NCBI GenBank assembly: GCA_943788915.1
Contig: CALSSD010000006.1
Span: forward strand, 62,001 to 126,000
Source of the DNA: an uncultured Acidimicrobiales bacterium
GTDB lineage: Bacteria > Actinomycetota > Acidimicrobiia > Acidimicrobiales > UBA10347
DNA length: 64,000 nt
Direction of reading: 5' to 3'
Part shown: in pieces, positions 50,394 through 61,179 of the stretch
Position numbering within the stretch: position 1 is the first letter of the stretch
Layout of the letters: each line of letters opens with the position of its first letter
Translations under genes and position numbers: made by a program
The notes under the pieces: model-generated
Seen by the model: the letters and a program-made list of their open reading frames with translations, nothing else
What the model was told of the DNA's origin: nothing
The model's database searches: none

Positions 50394-51722
50394 ATGGAGA
50401 GTCGGGACTTACCTCGCATCGATGTTGTTGGTCTTGGACCTGCTGGACCAGACCTGGTTACCGCAGGCACCATCGGACTGATCGAGGAGATCGAACATCG
50501 TTTCCTGCGAACGTCCCGCCATCCGGCAGCGCCTGTCGTCAAGGCAACGTCGTTTGACCATCACTACGAGACGCTCGACAAGTTCGGGGCGGTGTACGAA
50601 CGAATCGTGTCTGACCTTGTGACCGCTGCACACGAACATGGACGAATCCTGTACGCCGTGCCGGGGTCGCCCCGAGTCGCTGAGCACACCGTGGAGCTTC
50701 TTGCAACCCGCACCGATGTGCAGGTGGTTGTTCACGGAGCGCTTTCGTTTCTCGACCTGAGTTGGGTGGCATTGGGCATCGACCCGATCGACGTTGGTGT
50801 GCGGGTCATCGACGGTCACCGCTTCGCTACTGAAGCCGCAGGCCAGGGCGGGCCGTTGCTGATTGCGCAGTGCCACTCGCAGCACGTGCTCAGCGAGATC
50901 AAGTTAGCGATCGATGATCCGGGCGACATGAAAGCGGTAGTGCTCCAGGGCCTCGGCAGCGATGACGAACGTGTTTACGAGGTCGATTGGGCCGATCTCG
51001 ACCGGGAGGTCAACGCCGACCATTTGACCTCGATCTATGTACCTGAGCTTGCAATGCCGGTTGGTGTGGCCTTCTCTCGGTTTGATGCCATGGTGAAACG
51101 GCTCCGGCAAGACTGCCCATGGGATGCCGAACAGACACACACGTCGTTGCGGCGTTACCTCCTCGAAGAGAGTTACGAGACCCTTGAGGCACTCGACCAG
51201 CTCGACGAAACGTCTCTCGCCGAGGCTGATGAAAGCGAGCTTGACCAGCGATTTGCGGATCTGCGCGAAGAACTTGGCGACCTGCTCTATCAGGTCTTTT
51301 TCCACTCGATCCTGGCTACCGAACAAGGCTGGTTCGATGTAGCCGAGGTCGCTCAGAGCATCCACGACAAACTCTTTGAGAGGCATCCCCACGTGTATGG
51401 CGATGTCGAGACAACGCTGGAGGATCTGCCCGCCCAGTGGGAAGCCGCCAAACGCAAGGAGAAAGGCCGGGGTTCGGTCATGGACGGCATCCCTGCAGCA
51501 CTTCCTGCCCTGCTCTATGCCACCAAGGTGCAAAAGAAGGCCGTGGCCATAGGCCAAGCTGCCCCAGCCGCAGCTGAGCTGCCAGCCTCCACCGAAGCTG
51601 AGGTCGGCGAACTGTTGTTTTCCGTTATTGCGCTCGCTCGATCTTTGGACATCGACGCGGAGTCAGCCCTGCGCCAACACGCCGTCGGCTTCGCCAACCA
51701 AGTCCGCGCCACCGAGAGCTGA
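50394..51722 (+). CDS. mazG: tetrapyrrole-methylase-like / MazG nucleoside triphosphate pyrophosphohydrolase (YabN type)
   Basis: VVGLGPAG, YAVPGSP, CPWDAEQT, EESYE, EELGDLL, RHPHV. Confidence 0.92.
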   Translation: MESRDLPRIDVVGLGPAGPDLVTAGTIGLIEEIEHRFLRTSRHPAAPVVKATSFDHHYETLDKFGAVYERIVSDLVTAAHEHGRILYAVPGSPRVAEHTVELLATRTDVQVVVHGALSFLDLSWVALGIDPIDVGVRVIDGHRFATEAAGQGGPLLIAQCHSQHVLSEIKLAIDDPGDMKAVVLQGLGSDDERVYEVDWADLDREVNADHLTSIYVPELAMPVGVAFSRFDAMVKRLRQDCPWDAEQTHTSLRRYLLEESYETLEALDQLDETSLAEADESELDQRFADLREELGDLLYQVFFHSILATEQGWFDVAEVAQSIHDKLFERHPHVYGDVETTLEDLPAQWEAAKRKEKGRGSVMDGIPAALPALLYATKVQKKAVAIGQAAPAAAELPASTEAEVGELLFSVIALARSLDIDAESALRQHAVGFANQVRATES

Positions 51723-51806
51723 CATCGCTCTTCGTACATGGTTCTCGTGCATGGTTCGAGAATCTGTTCGCCTGATGAGGTCGGATCTTGGCCTTGCTCG
51801 GGCTGG

Positions 51807-52900
51807 TCAGCGGGATCTGGTGATGCGACCTATGTGTTGGCCGCCGAAACGCCAGATCGAGGCATCGACGGCGTAGTGGTGCAGGTTGAAGAATATGAAG
51901 AGTAGCGCCGCTGGAATCGCCCCCAGCGAAGTCGTCTGGGTGGCGTCTGTGAGTAAGCGGGGAAGCCAGTAGACAAGGAGCAGGCCGGTCGCTAGCGCCC
52001 CACCAAATGCTGAGGACCACCAGAGATTCGGGCGCCCTGCGCTGCGTTCCTTGCCCCAGGCAACTTCGGCCCGGTGAGCGCAGGCGAGGTACTGCAACCC
52101 GTGCAAGGCGCCAAAGACCAACACCACACTGGCATAACTGGGCTGAAACGGGATCCAGAGGAAGCCAGCGACGTAGGGCGTCCACATGGTTGCTGGCACA
52201 CGGCCCGACCGGAGGCTCAGCCGAATGAATACCATCGCAATTACGGCAATAGACCCATACGTGATCCATGCAAGCGCGCTGACAAGGAAGTCCGGGAGCA
52301 CGTTGTAACCAATCCGGGTTTCTTCGAACCTGCCCCCTGATCGTCCGCTCCATATCTTGATGGCTTCGAGCAACCAGATCGGGTACAGCCCGTAACGAAG
52401 GACATGTGTTGTGAGTGGATCGAGTCGTAGGTCTGCAAGTGAAGCACCGACGCGGGCAACGCCGTATACCTGCTTCACGTAGTGCCATGTCGTGGTTGTG
52501 AAGACAACAACGAGGAGGAAACTTGTGACCTCGTTGGCAATATCGACCCCACCGCTAAGACTTGCGATGGTCACAGCGCTCACTGTCAGGAACAGCGCAA
52601 CGGGCACGCCAATGAGAAGTACCCCGCTGCGACGGACTTGATGACGACCTTGGCCATAGGCGAGGTGATAGGAGGCGCCGAAGTGAGTGCCCGAAATTGC
52701 AATAAGTGCCCGTAGAGAGGCCCTTCGACGACCGGTGGCAGCGTTGGTAGCGCTCCCCACGATGGGGCGCTGAAGAACAGCCAAGCAGCGATGCCGATAC
52801 CACCGAGTAGCCAGGCATCGCTGCGAGGGGACACGAGATATCGCCGAGCGGGCGGTGCATGGTCGATAGCGTCGAAGGCACCTATCGTGTTGATCGCCAT
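51807..52900 (-). CDS. multi-pass His-rich membrane protein of unknown function; one frameshift (~52712)
   Basis: Frame of the 52900 ORF (MAINT...EGPLY) joins the frame of the 51807 ORF (ALIAISGTHFGASY...); motifs THFGASY, WHYVKQ, HGLQY, HHYAVD. Confidence 0.7.
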
Positions 52901-52978
52901 TGTCGGCGATGTTGCCCTCTCGCTGCGGACAGCTCAACAGAGCTGCGACGATCCGTGTCCAGTCGAAGTGGGAACTAC

Positions 52979-53587
52979 GTGAGCGATACCAGTCAGCAAG
53001 ATGAAACACAGGCGCGGCGCGTGCGATGGAACGATATTCGGATCGTGGGGCCAACCTTGGTGCTGGCTCTGTTCATGGCAGTGCTGGTAAATCCACAGTT
53101 TGCGTCTTCTCAACAGTCTGTTGGCGCCGATCTGCAGAGGTGTAACGATTTCGCCTTTGCGTCGCAAGGCGCAGTTGCGCTACCGGCTCCTGAGTGTTGC
53201 AATGTAATCGTAAATGTGATTGCGGTTCTCCCCAGCTGCGAAGAACCGACGCCGGTTCCTCCGACTGTGACGCTGGTTCCTCCACGGAAACAGGTGCCGA
53301 TTCCAGGCCCGATTGTGGGCCCTACCTGGCTTGGGCCTATTGCACCCACGTCATCAACTGGTCTGATCACCCTCAAGGTGCCACCGTTGCTAGGTATCTT
53401 CTTTGGCCAGACGAACGAAGTCGTGGTGACCAACGCCACCGGCGACATCGTGTACAAGGGCAACCTGGCGACAAATCGTCTCATGGTCCTGAGCGCCCCT
53501 CGGGCGGGTGGATCCGGCAACTACACGGTGCAGACCACGCTTATCACCGGTCCCAAATACACCGAGGTAGTGTCCGTCACTGGCTAA
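52979..53587 (+). CDS. exported protein: signal/TM, 4-Cys segment, Pro-rich linker, beta-rich C-terminal domain
   Basis: GTG start; hydrophobic LVLALFMAVLV; EEPTPVPP linker. Confidence 0.65.
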   Translation: MSDTSQQDETQARRVRWNDIRIVGPTLVLALFMAVLVNPQFASSQQSVGADLQRCNDFAFASQGAVALPAPECCNVIVNVIAVLPSCEEPTPVPPTVTLVPPRKQVPIPGPIVGPTWLGPIAPTSSTGLITLKVPPLLGIFFGQTNEVVVTNATGDIVYKGNLATNRLMVLSAPRAGGSGNYTVQTTLITGPKYTEVVSVTG

Positions 53588-53722
53588 GCCAACTAGTTGT
53601 GCGTTGAACTGCCTGCTCGTCCACTGCCCCTCCTCGTTTGTTCGGATCGGCAGTGGACGCATGCCCCTGCTGGCTTGCAACGCACCGACTCTTGCCCTAG
53701 CCCCTGGCCCTTATGCCGTGAG

Positions 53723-55201
53723 TTACAGCAGTCCGACTTCGGGGTACAGCGGATTGGCAGCCAATAACTCGGCTGATCGGGCCCGAGTCGCGTCGCGAAT
53801 GGTGTCGTCGAGAGTGAACTTGGCTTTCGACGGCGCTCCAGCAGCAGTCGTCGTTGCCTCGGTGGCTTCAAGCACGCCGCAGATGATGTCAGCGACCTGG
53901 TCGAGGTCTGACTCATCCATGCCCACGGTCGTAAGCGCTGGTGTACCGAGACGGATGCCGCTGGTGTACCAGGCGCCGTTGGCATCAAAGGGAATCGAGT
54001 TGCGGTTCACGATGACACCCGAAGATTCGAGCGCTGATTCGGCCTGACGGCCGGTCAACCCAAAGCTGGTGACATCAACGAGGCACAGGTGGTTATCGGT
54101 GCCGCCAGACACGATACGGCCGCCACGTTTGGCGATGCCTTCGGCCAAGGCAACTGCGTTGTCGCGTACCTGGTGGGCATAGGTCTGGAACTCGGGCTTG
54201 CGAGCCTCGGCAAAAGCCACCGCCTTGGCGGCCATGACGTGGGAGAGCGGGCCGCCTAGGACCATTGGACAACCCTTGTCGATGAATTCGACCAAGTCTG
54301 GCTCGTTGGTGAGCACCATGCCGCCGCGGGGGCCACGTAGTGACTTGTGGGTCGTGGTCGTGACGATGTGGGCGTGCGGCATGGGATCGAAGTCGCCGGT
54401 GAACACCTTGCCTGCGACCAGGCCGGCGAAGTGTGCCATATCGACCATCAAGGTGGCGCCCACTTCATCGGCAATTTCGCGCATCTTGGCGAAGTTCACT
54501 GCGCGGGGATACGCGCTATAACCACCGACGATCACGAGTGGTTTAAATTCGCGAGCCGCTGCAGCCAACGCGTCGTAGTCGAGCATCTCGGTTTCACGGT
54601 CGACGGTGTACGAGCGCTGATCGAACATCTTCCCCGAGATGTTTGGTCGGAAACCGTGGGTCAGATGGCCGCCAGCGTCAAGGGCCATGCCCAGCATGCG
54701 CTGGTTGCCGAACTGATGCCGGAGCTCGTTCCAGTCTGCGTCGGTCAAGTCGTTGACGTGTTTCGCTTCGTGTGATGCCAGGAATGGAGTTTCGATCCGC
54801 TGGGCAAGAATTGACCAGAACGCAACCAGGTTGGCGTCGATGCCAGAGTGCGGCTGCACATAGGCATAGTCGGCGTTAAAGAGCGCCTTGGCGTGATCGG
54901 CCGCGAGGTTCTCGACCTTGTCGACGAACTCACAGCCGGCATAGAACCTATGGCCAGGTGTGCCCTCTGCGTATTTGTCGCTAAACCAGTTGCCCATGGT
55001 CAGCAGCACCGCGGGCGATGCATAATTCTCAGAAGCGATCAGCTTGAGCTGGCTCCGTTGGTTCCCGAGTTCGCCTCGGATGTGCTCGGCAATCGTCGGC
55101 TCGGCGGCACCGATAACGTCGAGTGCGGCACGGTATGCATCGGCTTCTCGGGTGTTGACCGCGCTGATGCCATTGGAAGCGGGGGAGTCCTGCATAGTCA
55201 T
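53723..55201 (-). CDS. glyA: serine hydroxymethyltransferase (long-insert type)
   Basis: [47 protein letters not shown]. Confidence 0.97.
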   Translation of the reverse strand: MTMQDSPASNGISAVNTREADAYRAALDVIGAAEPTIAEHIRGELGNQRSQLKLIASENYASPAVLLTMGNWFSDKYAEGTPGHRFYAGCEFVDKVENLAADHAKALFNADYAYVQPHSGIDANLVAFWSILAQRIETPFLASHEAKHVNDLTDADWNELRHQFGNQRMLGMALDAGGHLTHGFRPNISGKMFDQRSYTVDRETEMLDYDALAAAAREFKPLVIVGGYSAYPRAVNFAKMREIADEVGATLMVDMAHFAGLVAGKVFTGDFDPMPHAHIVTTTTHKSLRGPRGGMVLTNEPDLVEFIDKGCPMVLGGPLSHVMAAKAVAFAEARKPEFQTYAHQVRDNAVALAEGIAKRGGRIVSGGTDNHLCLVDVTSFGLTGRQAESALESSGVIVNRNSIPFDANGAWYTSGIRLGTPALTTVGMDESDLDQVADIICGVLEATEATTTAAGAPSKAKFTLDDTIRDATRARSAELLAANPLYPEVGLL

Positions 55202-55288
55202 GCACGCAGCGTAGTGCTACCCGGACTTCTTGGCGCCGTCTCCACCGGCCCAGCCATGACAGCTAGCCATGGCAGCCAGCTATGGCAC

Positions 55289-56275
55289 CTAGGTCTCTCG
55301 GATGACCGTCTTTGGATCTTTGTCCGTGCGACGGCCGAGTACTACCGGATGACGAAGGTGATGTCCTCCTCTGGCCCACTCACCGAACGCAATTTCTACT
55401 ACCTCGGTCGGCTCGCTCCAGTGAACGATCATGTCGCTAGGAAAAGTGGGTTGCGCAACGAATGGGCTTGGTCCTCGGTCGACCAACAATGCCCGCCATT
55501 CCGCTTGGTCCGTGTCAGTTAAGCCACTACCAGCGCGTCCGGCATAGTGCAGTTCGCCGCCTTCGTAGTAGCCAACGAGAAGGGACCCGAGTCGGCCAGT
55601 TCGACCTCCTTTGCCGCCTGACCAGCCGCCGACGACAAACTCCTGCCGGAGCCGTGGTTTGACCTTGATCCAATCGGGTGAACGACGGCCAGGCTGGTAG
55701 GTGGAGTTGATGTTCTTGGCGACGATGCCCTCGAGTTCAGAGTCGATGACTGCTTGTAACAGTCCATCGGCATCGTCCTGATGCTGTTCACAGATCGTCC
55801 AGCAAGGATCGTCGTCGCCGATCTGTTCCAGCAGCGCTCGCCGATGCGACAGCGGAAGCAACATGGTGTCGTGGCCATCGAGATGGAGCAGGTCGAAAAC
55901 CACGAACAACACCGGCGTGTGTTGAGCCCGACGGGCCGCATCAACCGGATCGGTTACGTGCATCCTGGTCTGGAGGGTGTTGAAACTTGGCTTTGCGCCG
56001 TTGAAAGCCACGACCTCGCCGTCGAGCACGAGGCCGTCGAAGAGATCGGCAAGGGGAGCAAGTGCCTGCAGTTCAGGAAAACTGTTGGTGATGTCTCGCC
56101 CATTTGATGACTGCAACCGGACCTGGTTGGCGTCGCCATCTCTGCCCCGGAGGACAAACGCGAGCACCCGCATGCCGTCCCACTTGAGTTCGTAGACCCA
56201 TTGGTTAGAGCGCGGTACGGGGTCGGCTTTGCCCTTCATCGGCAGGATCGTGCGGGTCTGCAATCCGTCGGCCAT
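55289..56275 (-). CDS. ATP-dependent DNA ligase, LigD ligase-domain type
   Basis: ELKWDGMR, LDGEVV, FDLL, EGIVAK, YQPGRRSPDWIKVK, LRHPV, RTDK. Confidence 0.92.
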   Translation of the reverse strand: MADGLQTRTILPMKGKADPVPRSNQWVYELKWDGMRVLAFVLRGRDGDANQVRLQSSNGRDITNSFPELQALAPLADLFDGLVLDGEVVAFNGAKPSFNTLQTRMHVTDPVDAARRAQHTPVLFVVFDLLHLDGHDTMLLPLSHRRALLEQIGDDDPCWTICEQHQDDADGLLQAVIDSELEGIVAKNINSTYQPGRRSPDWIKVKPRLRQEFVVGGWSGGKGGRTGRLGSLLVGYYEGGELHYAGRAGSGLTDTDQAEWRALLVDRGPSPFVAQPTFPSDMIVHWSEPTEVVEIAFGEWARGGHHLRHPVVLGRRTDKDPKTVIRET

Positions 56276-56399
56276 GGTTTGTGAGGTTAACGACCGCCAT
56301 TCCTGATACCGGCGGGTTGAAGCCTCACGCGGGTGTGTTCTCAGTATTCATGAGGCAAACGAGCGCGACCGGCGGCTGGTCTCAGCGTTGTATAGAGCG

Positions 56400-56645
56400 A
56401 ACGGCCCCTCTTCGGCGAAACGGGTATTCACCGAGTAGTCAATCGGCCATACTGATGACACGAGCGAGATACTGATCCCGAGAGGCACCTGGTCGCCTGA
56501 AGCCCCTCGGAGGAGTCAATTGGCGAAACCGACGCTCAACTAAGGCCCTCCCTAGGGAGTTCCTTCTGGTGGCTGTTAGTCACACACTGTTGAACAGGTT
56601 TCGCTCGGTCACTACCTACTAGGGAGTGACCGAGTTGCCTTTTTG
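56400..56645 (+). ncRNA. candidate structured RNA (~245 nt) ending in an intrinsic terminator
   Basis: No credible ORF; multiple stems; CGAGCGAGAT/GTTTCGCTCG closing helix; terminator-like end. Confidence 0.45.
56604..56645 (+). terminator. intrinsic terminator
   Basis: CTCGGTCACT...AGTGACCGAG followed by TTGCCTTTTTG. Confidence 0.65.
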
Positions 56646-56682
56646 CAGGGAAGCCTCGGCGGTGCGCCAGAACCGTAACGTT

Positions 56683-56714
56683 TGTGTGCCGTGCCGGGCG
56701 CGGCACGGCACACA
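56683..56714. repeat. perfect 14-bp inverted repeat upstream of eno
   Basis: TGTGTGCCGTGCCG-GGCG-CGGCACGGCACACA. Confidence 0.8.
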
Positions 56715-56831
56715 TGAATTGCCACAAGCACCACCAGCAACTCTAGAAACTCAGCTAACATCGGCCCTGGATGGTCTGCTCGCCGCGCCTAGGTACGATC
56801 GCGGACCCAATTCGTGCTACGAGACGAGTGA

Positions 56832-58136
<1,305 letters not shown>

Positions 58137-58154
58137 TCGCGTGGTGATGCCCTC

Positions 58155-58568
58155 ATGAAGTTGCCCCCACATCCAACGGACCGGCAGTCGCGGTCGGCCG
58201 CACTACATCCATCGCTGGTATTCGTTGCGAACGTCACGCGAGGTGTTGTGCTGCCGTTGATGGTTGCGCTGGTGCTCTTCGCCGGCCTCGTTTACTTCAT
58301 TTTCCCAACGACCACCTGGCTCGACCAACGAGCCGAGGCGTCCGAGGTCCAACAGGAGCTCGACGAGTTGGTCGCAGAACAACAGGTGCTTCGTACCGAG
58401 ATCGCTCGCATGCGCACCGACGACGAGATCCAAAGAATTGCGCGCCGCGACTTCAACTTCGTTTTCCCCGGCGAAGAGGCATACGCAGTCCTGCCGTCGC
58501 CGCCGTCACCCGTGTCATTACCAACGAGTTGGCCATTCAATCTGCTCTTCGCCGAGGTCCTGGACTAA
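58155..58568 (+). CDS. septum formation initiator (FtsB/DivIC family)
   Basis: TM plus coiled coil, IQRIARRDFNFVFPGE; directly after eno. Confidence 0.85.
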   Translation: MKLPPHPTDRQSRSAALHPSLVFVANVTRGVVLPLMVALVLFAGLVYFIFPTTTWLDQRAEASEVQQELDELVAEQQVLRTEIARMRTDDEIQRIARRDFNFVFPGEEAYAVLPSPPSPVSLPTSWPFNLLFAEVLD

Positions 58569-58658
58569 CTCGCACATCCAGAGAGCCAGACCCCCGTTGA
58601 CACAAGTTCGGCTGTCGAACCGGTACGACGGGAGCGAAGCCGTTAGTCTCAACGTTCG

Positions 58659-59570
58659 ATGACTATTGCGTTTCCTCCTGGTTCTGTTGCCGACGTGGCG
58701 AATGGCCTGGCCGAGCACGACTATCTTTCGGACGAGGCGCTGGCGACAGCGATCTTTCTCGCCATCGAGCTCAAGCGGCCGCTGCTGCTCGAGGGCGAGG
58801 CTGGAGTTGGCAAAACCGAGGTCGCCAAGACATTGGCTCGGTGGTCGGGTGGCCGTCTGATCCGCCTGCAGTGCTACGAGGGCCTCGACGCTGGCCAGGC
58901 GGTGTATGAATGGGACTACAGCCGCCAGCTGCTCCATCTGCGAACGCGAGAAGCCGTTGGCGACCTTGCTGCCAACGCTGACTCTGTTGAAGACGAGTTG
59001 TACAGCGAGAAGTTCCTAGTCCGCCGCCCATTGCTTGATGCGATTGCGCACAACGATGACATCGCTCCAGTGTTGTTGATCGATGAAGTTGATCGTGCCG
59101 ATGATGAGTTCGAAGCTTTTCTCCTCGAGGTGTTGTCCGAATACGCGATCACGGTTCCTGAGTTGGGCACGTTCCGGGCGAAGAAGCCGCCGATCGTGAT
59201 CATCACGTCGAACCGGACCCGTGACGTGCACGACGCGCTCAAGCGGCGGGCGCTCTACCACTGGGTGGAACACCCAGGTCTGGAGCGCGAGGTTGAGATC
59301 ATTCGCCGCCGCACCGATGGAGTGACCGACGCATTGGCTGGTCAAGTGGCACGAGCAGTTGCCGAGTTCCGCGGCCTTGGTCTCTACAAGCCACCCGGTG
59401 TTGCCGAATCGATCGATTGGGCCCAGGCTCTGCACCGCCTCGAACAACGTGGACTGACAGTCGAGTCGGCCGACGCCAGCCTGGGCACCGTGCTCAAGTA
59501 CCGCGAAGATCAGCAGCGAGTGCGCGATCATGGCCTCGACCGGGTCGTGGCTGCAGCAACCGACACATAA
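58659..59570 (+). CDS. MoxR-family AAA+ ATPase (CoxD-like)
   Basis: LEGEAGVGKT, RLQCYEGLD, LIDEVDRADDEFEAFLLE, TSNRTRDVHDALKRR. Confidence 0.92.
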   Translation: MTIAFPPGSVADVANGLAEHDYLSDEALATAIFLAIELKRPLLLEGEAGVGKTEVAKTLARWSGGRLIRLQCYEGLDAGQAVYEWDYSRQLLHLRTREAVGDLAANADSVEDELYSEKFLVRRPLLDAIAHNDDIAPVLLIDEVDRADDEFEAFLLEVLSEYAITVPELGTFRAKKPPIVIITSNRTRDVHDALKRRALYHWVEHPGLEREVEIIRRRTDGVTDALAGQVARAVAEFRGLGLYKPPGVAESIDWAQALHRLEQRGLTVESADASLGTVLKYREDQQRVRDHGLDRVVAAATDT

Positions 59571-59574
59571 CGCT

Positions 59575-60819
59575 GTGGCCGAGCAGCCCGACTGGGTCCT
59601 GACACCGCGGCAATTCCAAGGTGAGCGGGCAGCGTTACCCGAGGGCCGATCTGTCGATCGGTCCAAACTTCCGATTCTTGCCGCGGGTTTTGTGCAGGCG
59701 TTGCGCGACGCCGGGGTAGAGGTACCGATCGGGGCCACCCTGTTGTACGTGCAGGCATTGTGCGCAGTGAATAGCGTGAACCGATCCGAGCGGTATTGGT
59801 GTGGACGCACCACGTTGATCACCCGAAGCGAAGACTTCATGACGTACCACAAGGTCTTTGGCCGCTACTGGGTGGGGGCAGAGTTCGACGACGCCGAACA
59901 GATGACGACGACCACAACTATTGCGGTCGATCAACAAGATGAAGATGGTGCCGAGGACTCAACCGGTGGCGACGACGATGAGGCTGAACCTGACATCACG
60001 ATGCGGTACAGCGCTGTAGAAGTGCTGCGCGACAAGGACTTCGCCGAGTACTCCAAAGTCGAGCTGGCCGAGCTCGCACATCTGGTTAGCCAGATCCGTA
60101 TTGGCGGAGCGGTCCGACCATCGAGGCGTCAGAAGCGTTCACTAAAGCGCCGGGGCCAACCCGATCTGCGGCGCACCGTGCGTCGAGCGCTCGCAAATGA
60201 TGGTGAGCCGATCGACCGTGCGTTTCGCAAACCAAGTGAACATCCTCGCCGTGTCGTGTTGTTGCTTGACATCAGCGGCTCTATGGAGGCGTATTCACGG
60301 GCCCTGCTGCGGTTCGTGCATGCCACTGTGCTTGCCAGGGGCCGGGTCGAAGCCTTTGCGCTTGGGACCCGACTGACCCGATTGACCCGTGAGATGGCAA
60401 CACTCGACCCGGATCGGGCGTTGACCAATGCAGCCGAGGCGGTCGAGGATTGGTCCGGAGGAACTCGGCTTGGGGAATCGATTCGGTCATTTAACGACGA
60501 ATGGGCTGTGCGGGGTATGGCCCGGGGCGCCGTCGTTGTTGTCCTGTCCGACGGGTGGGACCGGGGCGAACCCGAGCTGATGGCTGAACAAATGGCGCGG
60601 CTGAGCCGAGTGGCATACCGCATCGTGTGGTCGAATCCGCTGAAAGCCACCGACGGGTATGCACCGCTCGCTCGTGGCATGGCGGCGGCTCTTCCGTACC
60701 TCGACGAATTTGTCGAAGGTCATTCACTTCGAGCACTTGAACAGCTTGCGGCAGCGATCAACCGCAGTGCCGAGGAAAGTCCAGGATCAGGCGGGTTCCC
60801 TAGTGTTCTGTCCAGTTGA
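59575..60819 (+). CDS. VWA domain protein (CoxE-like)
   Basis: LLDISGSM MIDAS, GTRLTR, WSGGTRLG, SDGWD. Confidence 0.9.
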   Translation: MAEQPDWVLTPRQFQGERAALPEGRSVDRSKLPILAAGFVQALRDAGVEVPIGATLLYVQALCAVNSVNRSERYWCGRTTLITRSEDFMTYHKVFGRYWVGAEFDDAEQMTTTTTIAVDQQDEDGAEDSTGGDDDEAEPDITMRYSAVEVLRDKDFAEYSKVELAELAHLVSQIRIGGAVRPSRRQKRSLKRRGQPDLRRTVRRALANDGEPIDRAFRKPSEHPRRVVLLLDISGSMEAYSRALLRFVHATVLARGRVEAFALGTRLTRLTREMATLDPDRALTNAAEAVEDWSGGTRLGESIRSFNDEWAVRGMARGAVVVVLSDGWDRGEPELMAEQMARLSRVAYRIVWSNPLKATDGYAPLARGMAAALPYLDEFVEGHSLRALEQLAAAINRSAEESPGSGGFPSVLSS

Positions 60820-60855
60820 TGGGTGCGGTAGCGTCAAGCCAATGAAAGGTCTGAC

Positions 60856-61170
60856 ATGAAGGACATACTCGACGAAGTTGGCTCGTGGCGAGATGCGGGC
60901 AAACAGGTAGCGGTTGCTCGTGTTGTCGACATCGAAGGCTCCGGTCCGCGCGATCCGGGAGCAGCAATGGCTGTCAACGAAGACGGCGAGGTCATCGGTT
61001 CGGTATCGGGCGGATGCGTCGAAGGTGCCGTTGTCACCGAAGCGCTCGACATCATCGAATCTGGCGAACGACGTATGGTCACCTTTGGTTACAGCGATGA
61101 CGAGGCCTTTGCTGTTGGACTCACGTGCGGCGGCACAATCCACCTCTACATCGAACCCCTCGACTGGTAG
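60856..61170 (+). CDS. XdhC/CoxF family protein, N-terminal domain
   Basis: GSGPRDPGA, GSVSGGCVE, GLTCGG. Confidence 0.88.
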   Translation: MKDILDEVGSWRDAGKQVAVARVVDIEGSGPRDPGAAMAVNEDGEVIGSVSGGCVEGAVVTEALDIIESGERRMVTFGYSDDEAFAVGLTCGGTIHLYIEPLDW

Positions 61171-61179
61171 CTGATCTGT

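Noticed and set aside
55202..55288. ZMP/ZTP or glycine riboswitch upstream of glyA
   Set aside because: The spacer is only 87 bp and has none of the conserved aptamer motifs, just short AGCCATG-type repeats
56472..56512. SAM-I riboswitch (ATCCCGAGAGG...GAAGCC)
   Set aside because: Lacks the GAGGGA and GCAAC core elements, and no methionine or sulfur gene follows
56745..56770. c-di-AMP (ydaO) riboswitch suggested by TCAGCTAAC
   Set aside because: The upstream GCTGAATCC and GGGGTGAA elements are absent
61168..61170. Pyrrolysine or other read-through of the XdhC TAG
   Set aside because: No pyl genes in view; the downstream half has its own ATG and the stop falls at a domain boundary
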